Source: Vicinamibacteria bacterium (GTDB taxonomy: Bacteria > Acidobacteriota > Vicinamibacteria > Marinacidobacterales > Marinacidobacteraceae). From it: 64,000 nucleotides of DNA. Location of the stretch: contig OZ219816.1 in assembly GCA_964291235.2 (NCBI GenBank), forward strand, positions 384,001 to 448,000, written 5' to 3'. How positions within the stretch are numbered: position 1 is the stretch's first letter; each line of letters begins with the position of its first letter. The position numbers were made by a program, and so were the translations under genes. Below are positions 34,321 through 42,362 of this stretch, one piece after another. The notes beneath the pieces are model-generated. The model was not told the DNA's origin and made no database searches. It worked only from the letters and a program-made list of their open reading frames with translations.

Positions 34321-36153
34321 CTACGGGCCACCGGCCACGTCCGGCGGATGCAGGAGGGCGTGGAGCCGCTTCGCGAGCGCCGGGCCGACCGTCTCGGCGA
34401 GGTCCGTCTCGGACGCCTCGGTCACCTGCCGCAGACTGCCGAAGCGGGTGAGCAGCGCCTGGCGGCGGCGCGGGCCGATGCCCGGCACCCCGTCGAGGGC
34501 GGAACGCAGCGTCTCCGCCCGGCGGCTCTTGCGGTGGAAGGTGATCGCGAACCGGTGGGCCTCGTCCCGGGCCCTTTGCAGGAGATGGAGCGCCGGGGAG
34601 TTCCGCGGCAGCCGGAGCGGCTCGGGCGCGCCGGGCAGGAAGATCTCCTCCTCCCGCTTCGCGAGCCCGGCGTGCGGAATGTGGGTGAGTCCGAGGTCGT
34701 GCAGGGCGGCGGCGGCCGAACTGAGCTGTCCGCGGCCTCCGTCCACCAGGATCAGGTCCGGCAGCTCCTGCCCCTCGGTCAGCACCCGCCGGTAGCGGCG
34801 GAGCACGACCTCGCGCATCGAGGCGTAGTCGTCGGGCTTTCCCCGCACGGTGCGAATGCGGAACCTCCGGTACGCCGAGGGAAGCGGTTCGCCGCGCTCG
34901 AACACCACCATGGAAGCCACCACCTGACGCCCACCCAGGTTGGAAATGTCGAACGCCTCGATCCGGCGGGGCTCGGCGGGGAGTTCGAGGGCCTCCTTGA
35001 GCGCCCGGACCCGGGCGGCGGCCTTCCTGCCCGCCTCCCGAAAATCGAGATCGAAGGCGAGACGGGCGTTCCGGCAGACCAGGTCCACCATGCGCCGGCG
35101 GGATCCCTTGACGGGAACGTGGACCTCAACGCGTCCACCGCGCTTTTCCGCGAGCCACTCGGCGATCAGCTCGCGTTCGGGGAAGTCGAGCGGCGATTCG
35201 ATGCGGGGAGGCGGCAGTCGCCCCATCTCGTAGAACTGTTTCATCGCCGCTTCCACCAGCCCCGCATCGTCCACCGGCGGCAGGTCGGAAAGCGAAAACG
35301 TGTCCCGGTCCACCACCTTGCCGGCCCGGACCAGAAAGACCTGCAACTGGGCGCGATCACCCTCCCGATGGAGGCCGAACACGTCGCGGGCCTTCCCTTC
35401 GGCGGCGGCCATCTTCTGGCGGTCGTTCAACTCGGCAAGCAGCTTCAGGCTGTCCCGCAGGCGGGCCGCCTCCTCGAAGCGTTCCGCTTCGGCCTCCTCG
35501 CGCATCTGCCGGGTCAGCGACGTGGAGAGTTCGTTCGTTCGTCCGAGCAGGAAGAGCCGGGCGGATTCCGACGCCTTCCGGTATTCGTCCACCGAGCAGA
35601 TGGAGTCCACGCAGGGCGCGATGCAGCGGCGGATCTGGTACTGGAGGCAGGGGCGCGGGCGCTTTCCGTTGAGCTGCTCACGGCAGTTGCGGATGCCGAA
35701 GAGCCGGTGGACGAGACTCATGCTCCGGCGGGCGAGGCTCGCCGGGAAATAGGGACCCGCGTAGGCGGCTCCGTCGGCGCCGGCGCCGCGGACGATGTGA
35801 ACCCGCGGGTACTGCTCGTTCATCGTGAGCCGGACGAGCGGCGGGTTCTTGTCGTCCCGGAGCAGGATGTTGTAGCGGGGACGCCTCGTCTTGATCAGGT
35901 TGTTCTCGAGGTGCAGCGCTTCCCTGGCGGAGTCGGTAAGCACCACCTCGATGTCGGCGATCTGGGACAGCAGGTTGCTCTTCCTGGCGTCCGGCGGCGG
36001 GGTGCGGAAGTGCGAGAGGACTCTCGCCTTCACCGAGGCGGCCTTGCCCACGTAGAGCGTCTTTCCCTCTGCCGAGCGGAAAAGATAGACCCCGGCGCTC
36101 TCGGGGAGCAGCGCGATCTTGTTCTCAAGACCGGCAGGAGAACCGGCCGTCAT
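34321..36153 (-). CDS. uvrC: Excinuclease ABC subunit C
   Basis: GIY-YIG (GVY..YVGKA), FEEAARLRD, IEAFDISN, PDLILVDGG, RDEAHRFA, HhH GIGP. Confidence 0.97.
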   Translation of the reverse strand: MTAGSPAGLENKIALLPESAGVYLFRSAEGKTLYVGKAASVKARVLSHFRTPPPDARKSNLLSQIADIEVVLTDSAREALHLENNLIKTRRPRYNILLRDDKNPPLVRLTMNEQYPRVHIVRGAGADGAAYAGPYFPASLARRSMSLVHRLFGIRNCREQLNGKRPRPCLQYQIRRCIAPCVDSICSVDEYRKASESARLFLLGRTNELSTSLTRQMREEAEAERFEEAARLRDSLKLLAELNDRQKMAAAEGKARDVFGLHREGDRAQLQVFLVRAGKVVDRDTFSLSDLPPVDDAGLVEAAMKQFYEMGRLPPPRIESPLDFPERELIAEWLAEKRGGRVEVHVPVKGSRRRMVDLVCRNARLAFDLDFREAGRKAAARVRALKEALELPAEPRRIEAFDISNLGGRQVVASMVVFERGEPLPSAYRRFRIRTVRGKPDDYASMREVVLRRYRRVLTEGQELPDLILVDGGRGQLSSAAAALHDLGLTHIPHAGLAKREEEIFLPGAPEPLRLPRNSPALHLLQRARDEAHRFAITFHRKSRRAETLRSALDGVPGIGPRRRQALLTRFGSLRQVTEASETDLAETVGPALAKRLHALLHPPDVAGGP

Positions 36154-36204
36154 TTGGCCGAATTGTAGGATGCCCGGCCCTCTGGACTACCAGAAAGGAA
36201 TCGC

Positions 36205-37176
36205 ATGCCCCAAGCCATCCGCATCGAACAACCCGGCGGCCCGGAGGTGATGACCCTCGGTTCCGTCCCCGAAGCCGCCCCCGGCCCCGGCGAAGCCCTC
36301 GTCCGGGTCGAGGCCGCCGGCGTCAACTTCATCGACACGTACCACCGCACCGGGCTCTACCCCGTCCCCACGCCGTTCACCCCGGGGGTGGAGGGCGCCG
36401 GAGTCGTCGAGGCGGTGGGATCCGGCGTCTCGGACCTCGCTCCCGGAGACCGGGTGGGCTGGGTGATGCAGATGGGCAGCTACGCCCAGCAGGCGGTGCG
36501 CCCGGCGGCGAAGCTGGTCCGGCTGCCGGACGGGGTCACGACGACCCAGGCCGCCGCCGCGCTCCTCCAGGGAATGACCGCGCACTACCTGGTCCGCTCC
36601 ACGTTCCGGGTGCAGTCGGGGATGCCGGTGCTGGTCCACGCCGCGGCGGGCGGGATGGGTCTGCTGCTCTGCCAGATGTGCCGGGCGCTCGGAGCCCGGG
36701 TCTTCGGCACCGTGAGCACGGAGGCAAAGGCGAAGGCGGCCCGCGCCGCCGGCGCCGACCACGTGATCCGCTACACCGAGGAGGACTTCGCGGAGGTGAT
36801 TCGCGAAGAACTCGGAGACAAGCAACTCGCGGTCGCCTACGACTCGGTGGGCGAGACGACCTGGCGGAAGAGTCTCGAACTGCTCCGGCCGCGCGGGATG
36901 CTCGTCCTCTACGGCCAGTCGGCCGGCCCGGTGCCGCCGATCGATCCCCTGCTGCTGGCCCAGCACGGGTCCCTGTTCGTTACCCGGCCCACCCTCGCCA
37001 ACTACGCCGCCACCACCGACGAGCTTCGCTGGCGCGCCGGGGAGGTCCTGGACGCCGTCGCGGACGGCCGGCTCCAGCTCACCATCGACCGCGAGCTCCC
37101 CCTGGCCCAGGCCGCCGAGGCCCACCGCCTCCTCGAGGGCCGCGCCACCATGGGCAAGCTCATCCTGCGGCCTTAG
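36205..37176 (+). CDS. qor: NADPH:quinone oxidoreductase (zeta-crystallin family)
   Basis: GVNFID.Y.RTGLY, LQGMTAHYL, HAAAGG.G, GSLFVTRPTL. Confidence 0.92.
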   Translation: MPQAIRIEQPGGPEVMTLGSVPEAAPGPGEALVRVEAAGVNFIDTYHRTGLYPVPTPFTPGVEGAGVVEAVGSGVSDLAPGDRVGWVMQMGSYAQQAVRPAAKLVRLPDGVTTTQAAAALLQGMTAHYLVRSTFRVQSGMPVLVHAAAGGMGLLLCQMCRALGARVFGTVSTEAKAKAARAAGADHVIRYTEEDFAEVIREELGDKQLAVAYDSVGETTWRKSLELLRPRGMLVLYGQSAGPVPPIDPLLLAQHGSLFVTRPTLANYAATTDELRWRAGEVLDAVADGRLQLTIDRELPLAQAAEAHRLLEGRATMGKLILRP

Positions 37177-37180
37177 GTTG

Positions 37181-37340
37181 GGAGCGCCGGCCTCCGGCCG
37201 GCATGGTGGCGCAGAGCGAGCGGGGTCGCGTATCGCCGCCAGCACGCAAGCGCGGGCGACCGCACGGGAACGCCGACCTCCAGGCCGGTTCTCCGGGTGG
37301 GGGCCGGCACAGCCCGCCGCAGGCGGGCGGCGGGACGGAA
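37181..37340. repeat. REP cluster, including an inverted copy of the 88-bp unit from 2.4-2.7 kb
   Basis: GGAGCGCCGGCCTCCGGCCGGCAT at 37181; GGGCGACCGCACGGGAACGCCGACCTCCAGGCCGG and GCACAGCCCGCCGCAGGCGGGCGGCGGGACGGA are reverse complements of parts of the 88-bp unit. Confidence 0.75.
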
Positions 37341-37482
37341 CCCCCAGCGCCACGATGGCTCCCTCTCGGCGGGCATCCCCTCGGGAAAACGTCGCACAGG
37401 CACGGGGCTAACGCTCCTCCCGAGCCGAGTCGACGTCAACCGCGCATCCGCCGCCCGACCCCTTCGGCCGGCATGCGCGTGG

Positions 37483-37555
37483 TATCGTCGTTCGACGACA
37501 ATACTAGAATATCTGCGAACTGCGACATAACAGTGTATGTCGTTGTTCGCTGACA
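37483..37555 (+). promoter_or_regulatory. Three 18-bp HipB-type operators (TRTC-N10-GACA)
   Basis: 37483-37500 TATCGTCGTTCGACGACA, 37510-37527 TATCTGCGAACTGCGACA, 37538-37555 TGTCGTTGTTCGCTGACA; 27-28 bp period. Confidence 0.72.
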
Positions 37556-37573
37556 CCAAGCGAGGCTCTCTTC

Positions 37574-37840
37574 ATGTTCGTTCGTTCCGCCCGCACGCTT
37601 GGAGTGCTGCTGCGCGAGCAACGCCGCCGGCGCGGGCTGACCCAGGCGCAGCTTGCCCGCCGGGCGGGAGTGAGCCGACAGTGGTTGAACGGCGTCGAAA
37701 GGGGTCGGGAAGGCGCTGAACTCGGCCTCGTTCTCCGCACGTTGGCGAGCGCTGGAATCGTCGTGAAGTTTGAGGAACGCCCTTCCGCCGGAGTGAACCT
37801 GGACGCCGTCATCGAGGCCCATCGGTCGGAAGTGGAATGA
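37574..37840 (+). CDS. hipB: HipB-like HTH-XRE antitoxin
   Basis: RRRRGLTQAQLARRAGVSRQWL..VE.G; ATGA overlap with hipA. Confidence 0.88.
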   Translation: MFVRSARTLGVLLREQRRRRGLTQAQLARRAGVSRQWLNGVERGREGAELGLVLRTLASAGIVVKFEERPSAGVNLDAVIEAHRSEVE

Positions 37841-39105
37841 CCGAGCTCGCGGTGGTCGCGAACCGGCGTCGCCTGGGGACCTTGACGCGCTCGCGAGGCG
37901 GCGACCTTTCCTTCGTCTACCTGAAGCAGTGGCGGCAGGACCCGGATGCCTTTCCGCTCTCGCTCTCCATGCCACTTCGAGCCGATCCATACCCGCGCGC
38001 CTCCGTCGAGCCGTGGCTCGCCGGCCTCCTCCCCGATGACGAAGACGTGCTGCGCGCCTGGAGTTCTCGTTTTCAGGTCTCGCGCCGAAACGTCTTTGGC
38101 CTGCTGAGCGAGGTGGGCGAGGACTGCGCGGGCGCGGTGCAGTTCGTGCGGCCCCAGCGACTCGACGAGTTTCTTGACGCCGGTCCGCAATCGGTCGAGT
38201 GGCTCACGGAGGAGATGGTGGGGCATCGGCTTGCGGAACTGCGCTTGGACCCTGCGCTCGGCCGCCGCCCCGACGATGCCGGGCGGTTCTCGTTGCCCGG
38301 GGTCCAACCGAAGACGGCGCTGCTCTTCGAAGATGGCCGCTGGGGACTTCCCGCCGGCGCAACGCCGACGACCCACATCCTGAAACCTCAAAACCCCCGC
38401 TTTTCCGGACTCGTTGAGAATGAGCATCTCTGCCTGCGGCTCGCGCGGGCGGCGGGCCTTCCGGCGGCGTCAACCCGGATCGAACGTTTCGGGGACCAAC
38501 TCGCCCTGGTGGTGACCCGGTACGACCGCCGGCGCATCGGCCCGGAGTGGGTCCGCCTCCATCAGGAGGACTTCTGCCAGGCGCTCGGCGTGCCGCCCGA
38601 ACGCAAGTACCAGAACGAAGGGGGCCCCACGGTGCGCACGATGCTCGACCTCGTCCGCGCGGAATCAGCGCAGCCCGACGAGGACGCCCAGACCCTCGCG
38701 CGCTCGATCATGCTGAACTGGATCCTCGGGGCCACCGATTCCCACGCGAAGAACTTCTCGCTACTGATGGGCTCGGCGGGACAGGTTCGCCTCGCACCCC
38801 TCTACGACATCGCGAGCTTCTTCCCCTACTCCGAAGACCCGCGGAGGCTCAAACTGTCCAATCGGGTCGGCGGCAAGTACCGGCTCCACGACATCGGGTG
38901 CCGCGAGTGGGAGCGCTTCCGCACCGAAAACGATCTCGATTGGGACACGGTGGCGGCGTGCCGCGCACTCGCCCAGAGGGTTCGGAACGTTCTCCCGGAA
39001 GCGGCCGCGGCTGGGCCGGACGCGGGGGATAAGCGGATCATCGAAGAGCTGGCGGAGCGTCTGGCGAAGCGCGCTGAAGCCGTCTCCTCCTGGCTCCGCG
39101 ACTGA
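37837..39105 (+). CDS. hipA: HipA family Ser/Thr kinase toxin
   Basis: PLSLSMP, GEDCAGAV, SLPGVQPK P-loop, THILKP, NEH, HQEDFCQA, D.HAKNFS, LAPLYD. Confidence 0.95.
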   Translation: MTELAVVANRRRLGTLTRSRGGDLSFVYLKQWRQDPDAFPLSLSMPLRADPYPRASVEPWLAGLLPDDEDVLRAWSSRFQVSRRNVFGLLSEVGEDCAGAVQFVRPQRLDEFLDAGPQSVEWLTEEMVGHRLAELRLDPALGRRPDDAGRFSLPGVQPKTALLFEDGRWGLPAGATPTTHILKPQNPRFSGLVENEHLCLRLARAAGLPAASTRIERFGDQLALVVTRYDRRRIGPEWVRLHQEDFCQALGVPPERKYQNEGGPTVRTMLDLVRAESAQPDEDAQTLARSIMLNWILGATDSHAKNFSLLMGSAGQVRLAPLYDIASFFPYSEDPRRLKLSNRVGGKYRLHDIGCREWERFRTENDLDWDTVAACRALAQRVRNVLPEAAAAGPDAGDKRIIEELAERLAKRAEAVSSWLRD

Positions 39106-39215
39106 CCGGAGCCCCGGCCCGAACCGTCGTGAAACGACGGCCAGACCCGGAACCCGGTCGTAAGAGTAGGTGTCTCCCAACAGCGTAGAAGGTCGTGTCC
39201 CGTGACACCGATTCC

Positions 39216-40220
39216 AGCTCCGGTCGATAACGGCCGAGCTCCGGTCGATATCCGGGGTCGGTGGTTCCAGCTCCGGTCGATAGCGGCGAAGCTCCGGTCG
39301 ATATCCGGGGTCGGTGGTTCCAGCTCCGGTCGATAGCGGCGAAGCTCCGGTCGATATCGAGGGTCGGCGATTCCCAGCTCCGGTCGATAGCGGCCGAGCT
39401 CCGGTCGATATCCGGGATCGGTGATTCCAGCTCCGGTCGATAACGGCCGAGCTCCGGTCGATATCCGGGATCAGTGATTCCAGCTCCGGTCGATAACGGC
39501 CGAGCTCCGGTCGATATCCGGGGTCGGCGACGGCAGCTCCGGTCGATATCCGGGATCGGCGGCGGGAGCTCCGGTCGATATCCGGGGTCGGCGACGGAAG
39601 CTCCGGTCGATATCCGGGGTCGGCGGTGGCAGCTCCGGTCGATATCCGGGATCTGCGACGGGAGCTCCGGTCGATATCCGGGGTCTGTGACGGAAGCTCC
39701 GGTCGGTATCCGGGGTCGGCGGCGCCAGCTCCGGTCGATATCCGGGGTCGGCGGCGCCAGCTCCGGTCGATATCTGGGGTCGGCGACGGCAGCTCCGGTC
39801 GATATCCAGGATCGGCGACGGCAGCTCCGGTCGATATCCAGGATCGGCGGCGGCAGCTCCGGTCGATATCGGGGATCGGCAGCGGCAGCTCCGGTCGATA
39901 TCCGGGGTCGGCGACGGTAGCTCCGGTCGATATCCGGGATCGGCAGCGGTAGCTCCGGTCGATATCGGGGGTCGTGGGCGGTAGCTCCGGTCGATATCCG
40001 GGGTCGGCGGCGGGAGCTCCGGTCGATATCCGGGATCGGCGACGGCAGCTCCGGTCGATATCCGGGATCAGCGGCGGAAGCTCCGGTCGATATCCGGGAT
40101 CGGCGGCGGCAGCTCCGGTCGATATCCGGGATCAGCGGCGGAAGCTCCGGTCGATATCCGGGATCGGCGACGGCAGCTCCGGTCGATATCCGGGGTCTGT
40201 GACGGAAGCTCCGGTCGATA
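39216..40220. repeat. Tandem array of 34 AGCTCCGGTCGATA cores (alternating 21/32 bp spacing, then 32 bp)
   Basis: Core starts at 39216, 39237, 39269, 39290, 39322, 39343, 39376, 39397, 39429, 39450, 39482, 39503, then every 32 bp from 39535 to 40207. Confidence 0.97.
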
Positions 40221-40341
40221 ACGAGGGCCTGCCGTTTCAAGCAGCGCGCCCGATTCCGGGGTGCAACGCGGAGATCGAGCCGGTAAATTCTCGTAGTCGC
40301 GGCAGACCGCCGGCGGGGTGCCGGGCCGCGAGGTGGGCGAC

Positions 40342-41100
40342 ATGTCCAAGCGGAAGGCGGTGATGATCATGGGAGCGGCAGGAGCCGGAGTGCTGCTGTT
40401 CAGCGCGGGAGCGCAGGCCCAGGCGCACTGGGGATACGAGGGAGCGGAAGGCCCCGAGCACTGGGGCTCGCTCGATCCCGGGTTCGCCGCCTGCAGTGAC
40501 GGACGGGAGCAGTCGCCGATCGATCTCACGGGCGCCGAACCGGGAGCCCTGTCCGAGATCGCCTTCGACTACGCGCCGAGTCCCATCTCCATCCTGAACA
40601 ACGGCCACACGATCCAGGTTGACTACCAGCCGGGGAGCGCCATCGTCCTCGACGGGACGCGCTACGGGCTGGTCCAGTTCCATTTCCACCACCGGAGCGA
40701 GCACACCGTGGACGGCGCCGACTTTCCCCTGGAGATGCACCTGGTCCATGCCAGTGCGGACGGGGCGCTCGCCGTAGTCGGCGTGTTCCTGGAGGAGGGG
40801 GAAGCGAACGAGGCGCTCGCGCCGGTCTGGCGAGGGCTGCCGGCGGAGCCGGGCCCCGCCGCGATCATCGAGGGATCGCTGGACGCGAACGCGCTGCTTC
40901 CGGAACGGCGGACGACGTGGCGTTACGCAGGTTCGCTCACCACGCCGCCCTGCACGGAGGGCGTCTCATGGCTGGTGATGACGGATCCGGTGACGGCTTC
41001 GAGCGAACAGATCGAGGCGTTCCGCACGCTCTTCCCGGTCAACAACCGCCCAGTGCAGCCGTTGAACGGACGCCGGCTGGTGACCGACCGGGCGGGTTGA
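40342..41100 (+). CDS. cah: Secreted alpha-class carbonic anhydrase
   Basis: Signal peptide; HWGY.G..GP.HW, QSPID, QFHFH..SEH, EMHLVH, GSLTTPPCTEGV.W, NNRPVQP. Confidence 0.95.
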   Translation: MSKRKAVMIMGAAGAGVLLFSAGAQAQAHWGYEGAEGPEHWGSLDPGFAACSDGREQSPIDLTGAEPGALSEIAFDYAPSPISILNNGHTIQVDYQPGSAIVLDGTRYGLVQFHFHHRSEHTVDGADFPLEMHLVHASADGALAVVGVFLEEGEANEALAPVWRGLPAEPGPAAIIEGSLDANALLPERRTTWRYAGSLTTPPCTEGVSWLVMTDPVTASSEQIEAFRTLFPVNNRPVQPLNGRRLVTDRAG

Positions 41101-41149
41101 GGGGCCGGACGCGCTCGCGCACGCCTTGGGGAGAACAGGTTCGGGAGGA

Positions 41150-42178
41150 TCAGGCGTGCCGAAGCTCGCGCGAGAGCATGACCATCGCCCTGGCCTGCAA
41201 CTGGCGGACCCTCTCCGCCGAAACCTGGAGTTCACGCCCGATCTCCGTGAGGCTGGCCTCACCTAGGCCTGCGAATCCGTAGCGCCGCTCGACGACATGC
41301 CGCAGGCGCGCCGGGAGATGGGAAACCGCCTCCCTGATCCGGGTGCGCTCCTCCGATCGGGCTGCAGCGTCGCACGGGTCCGGTGATCCCGCGTCCGCAA
41401 GCAGGTTCCGCAGCGGAGGGCCACCCGCGGTTCGGGGAGCGTCCAGCGATTTCACATCGGGCACCCGCCGGATCGTGGCCCGGAGCGCTTGCGGATCCAC
41501 GCCGATCTCGTGGGCGTCGTCCTCCGTCGTATGCGGTCGATGCCAACCGGTGCGGCATTCGTCGTTGCGGTATCGCTGTTCGATATCCGCCTCGACGCTG
41601 GCGGCACGCCGCCGCAGCGCCAGTTGGTCGAGAGGAATTCGAATCGTCCGGGATTTCTGCGAGAGAGCCCGGCAGATCGTCTCGCGGATCCAGCCCGCGG
41701 CGTAGCGCGGGAATCGCGGGGTCCGCGCTGGATCGAACCCGCCGGCCGCCGTGATCAGCCCCAGGTTCCCCTCCTGGATCAGATCCGAGAGCGGCAAGCC
41801 CATCCCCTGATAGCGCCGCGCAATCGAGACGACCAGCCCGAGGTTGCCCTCAATGAGCAGGCAGCAGCCGCGTGCGCAGCGGTCTCCGAACGCCGGCTCC
41901 GGTCCTTTCGATCCGGAGTTCCGCCAGCGCGCGTACCGCAGGAAGCGGCAGCATCGCCGTTCCTCGCGTCCCGTGAGCCGAGGCCTTCGGCCTGCGTCGC
42001 GCAGATACAACTGCACCACCCCCAGATCCTCCCGACTGTCACCTCCCGGATCATGGAGGTGGGTCTCCGGCCGGTGCTCCGCCGCCCCGCCGAGGGCGTC
42101 TTCCTCCATGGCGCGCCACCCGGCATCTTCGTGCTGCGGTTCCGCTTTCCCCTTGGAGTTGGGAGCGCCCATGGTCAT
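41150..42178 (-). CDS. Divergent sigma70-family (RpoD/RpoS/RpoH-like) RNA polymerase sigma factor
   Basis: YLRD..R.P.LT..EE (1.2), NL.LVVSIARRY...GL.L.DLIQEGNLGL (2.1-2.2), RTIRIP, SLD.P, SL.EIG..L.VS.ERVRQL (4.2); AGGAGG RBS. Confidence 0.88.
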   Translation of the reverse strand: MTMGAPNSKGKAEPQHEDAGWRAMEEDALGGAAEHRPETHLHDPGGDSREDLGVVQLYLRDAGRRPRLTGREERRCCRFLRYARWRNSGSKGPEPAFGDRCARGCCLLIEGNLGLVVSIARRYQGMGLPLSDLIQEGNLGLITAAGGFDPARTPRFPRYAAGWIRETICRALSQKSRTIRIPLDQLALRRRAASVEADIEQRYRNDECRTGWHRPHTTEDDAHEIGVDPQALRATIRRVPDVKSLDAPRTAGGPPLRNLLADAGSPDPCDAAARSEERTRIREAVSHLPARLRHVVERRYGFAGLGEASLTEIGRELQVSAERVRQLQARAMVMLSRELRHA

Positions 42179-42362
42179 TCACCTCCTGTGGATGTGATTT
42201 CCCGAGGCCGGCTGACATAGGTAGTAACGGATTCTTGATGGCTCCGGTTCTCCAGGTCCCCTCGGGTATCGACCCTGGAAGAGCGCGCTCCCACCCACGG
42301 ACGCTTCGATGGGGGCGCCGAAGCCAGCCGATCCCGACAAGCGATGCCCACGGTCTCACCCC

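Noticed and set aside
39106-39180. Faint resemblance to the 3' half of 5S rRNA (CCCGAAC..GTGAAACG..AGAGTAGG)
   Set aside because: No 5' half, spacing and helices do not fit, no rRNA operon; better explained as a hairpin after hipA.
39216-40220. CRISPR array
   Set aside because: Linkers are only 7 or 18-19 bp and are variants of one another rather than unique spacers; no cas genes in the window.
39038-40240. 400-aa repetitive ORF on the minus strand, and plus-strand ORFs in the array
   Set aside because: The 32-bp period makes the translation cycle through all three frames; open only because the unit lacks stop codons.
40221-40241. CTTGAAA on the minus strand pointing into the phased array
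   Set aside because: The second box (GCACGCTTAACC) is absent at the expected spacing.
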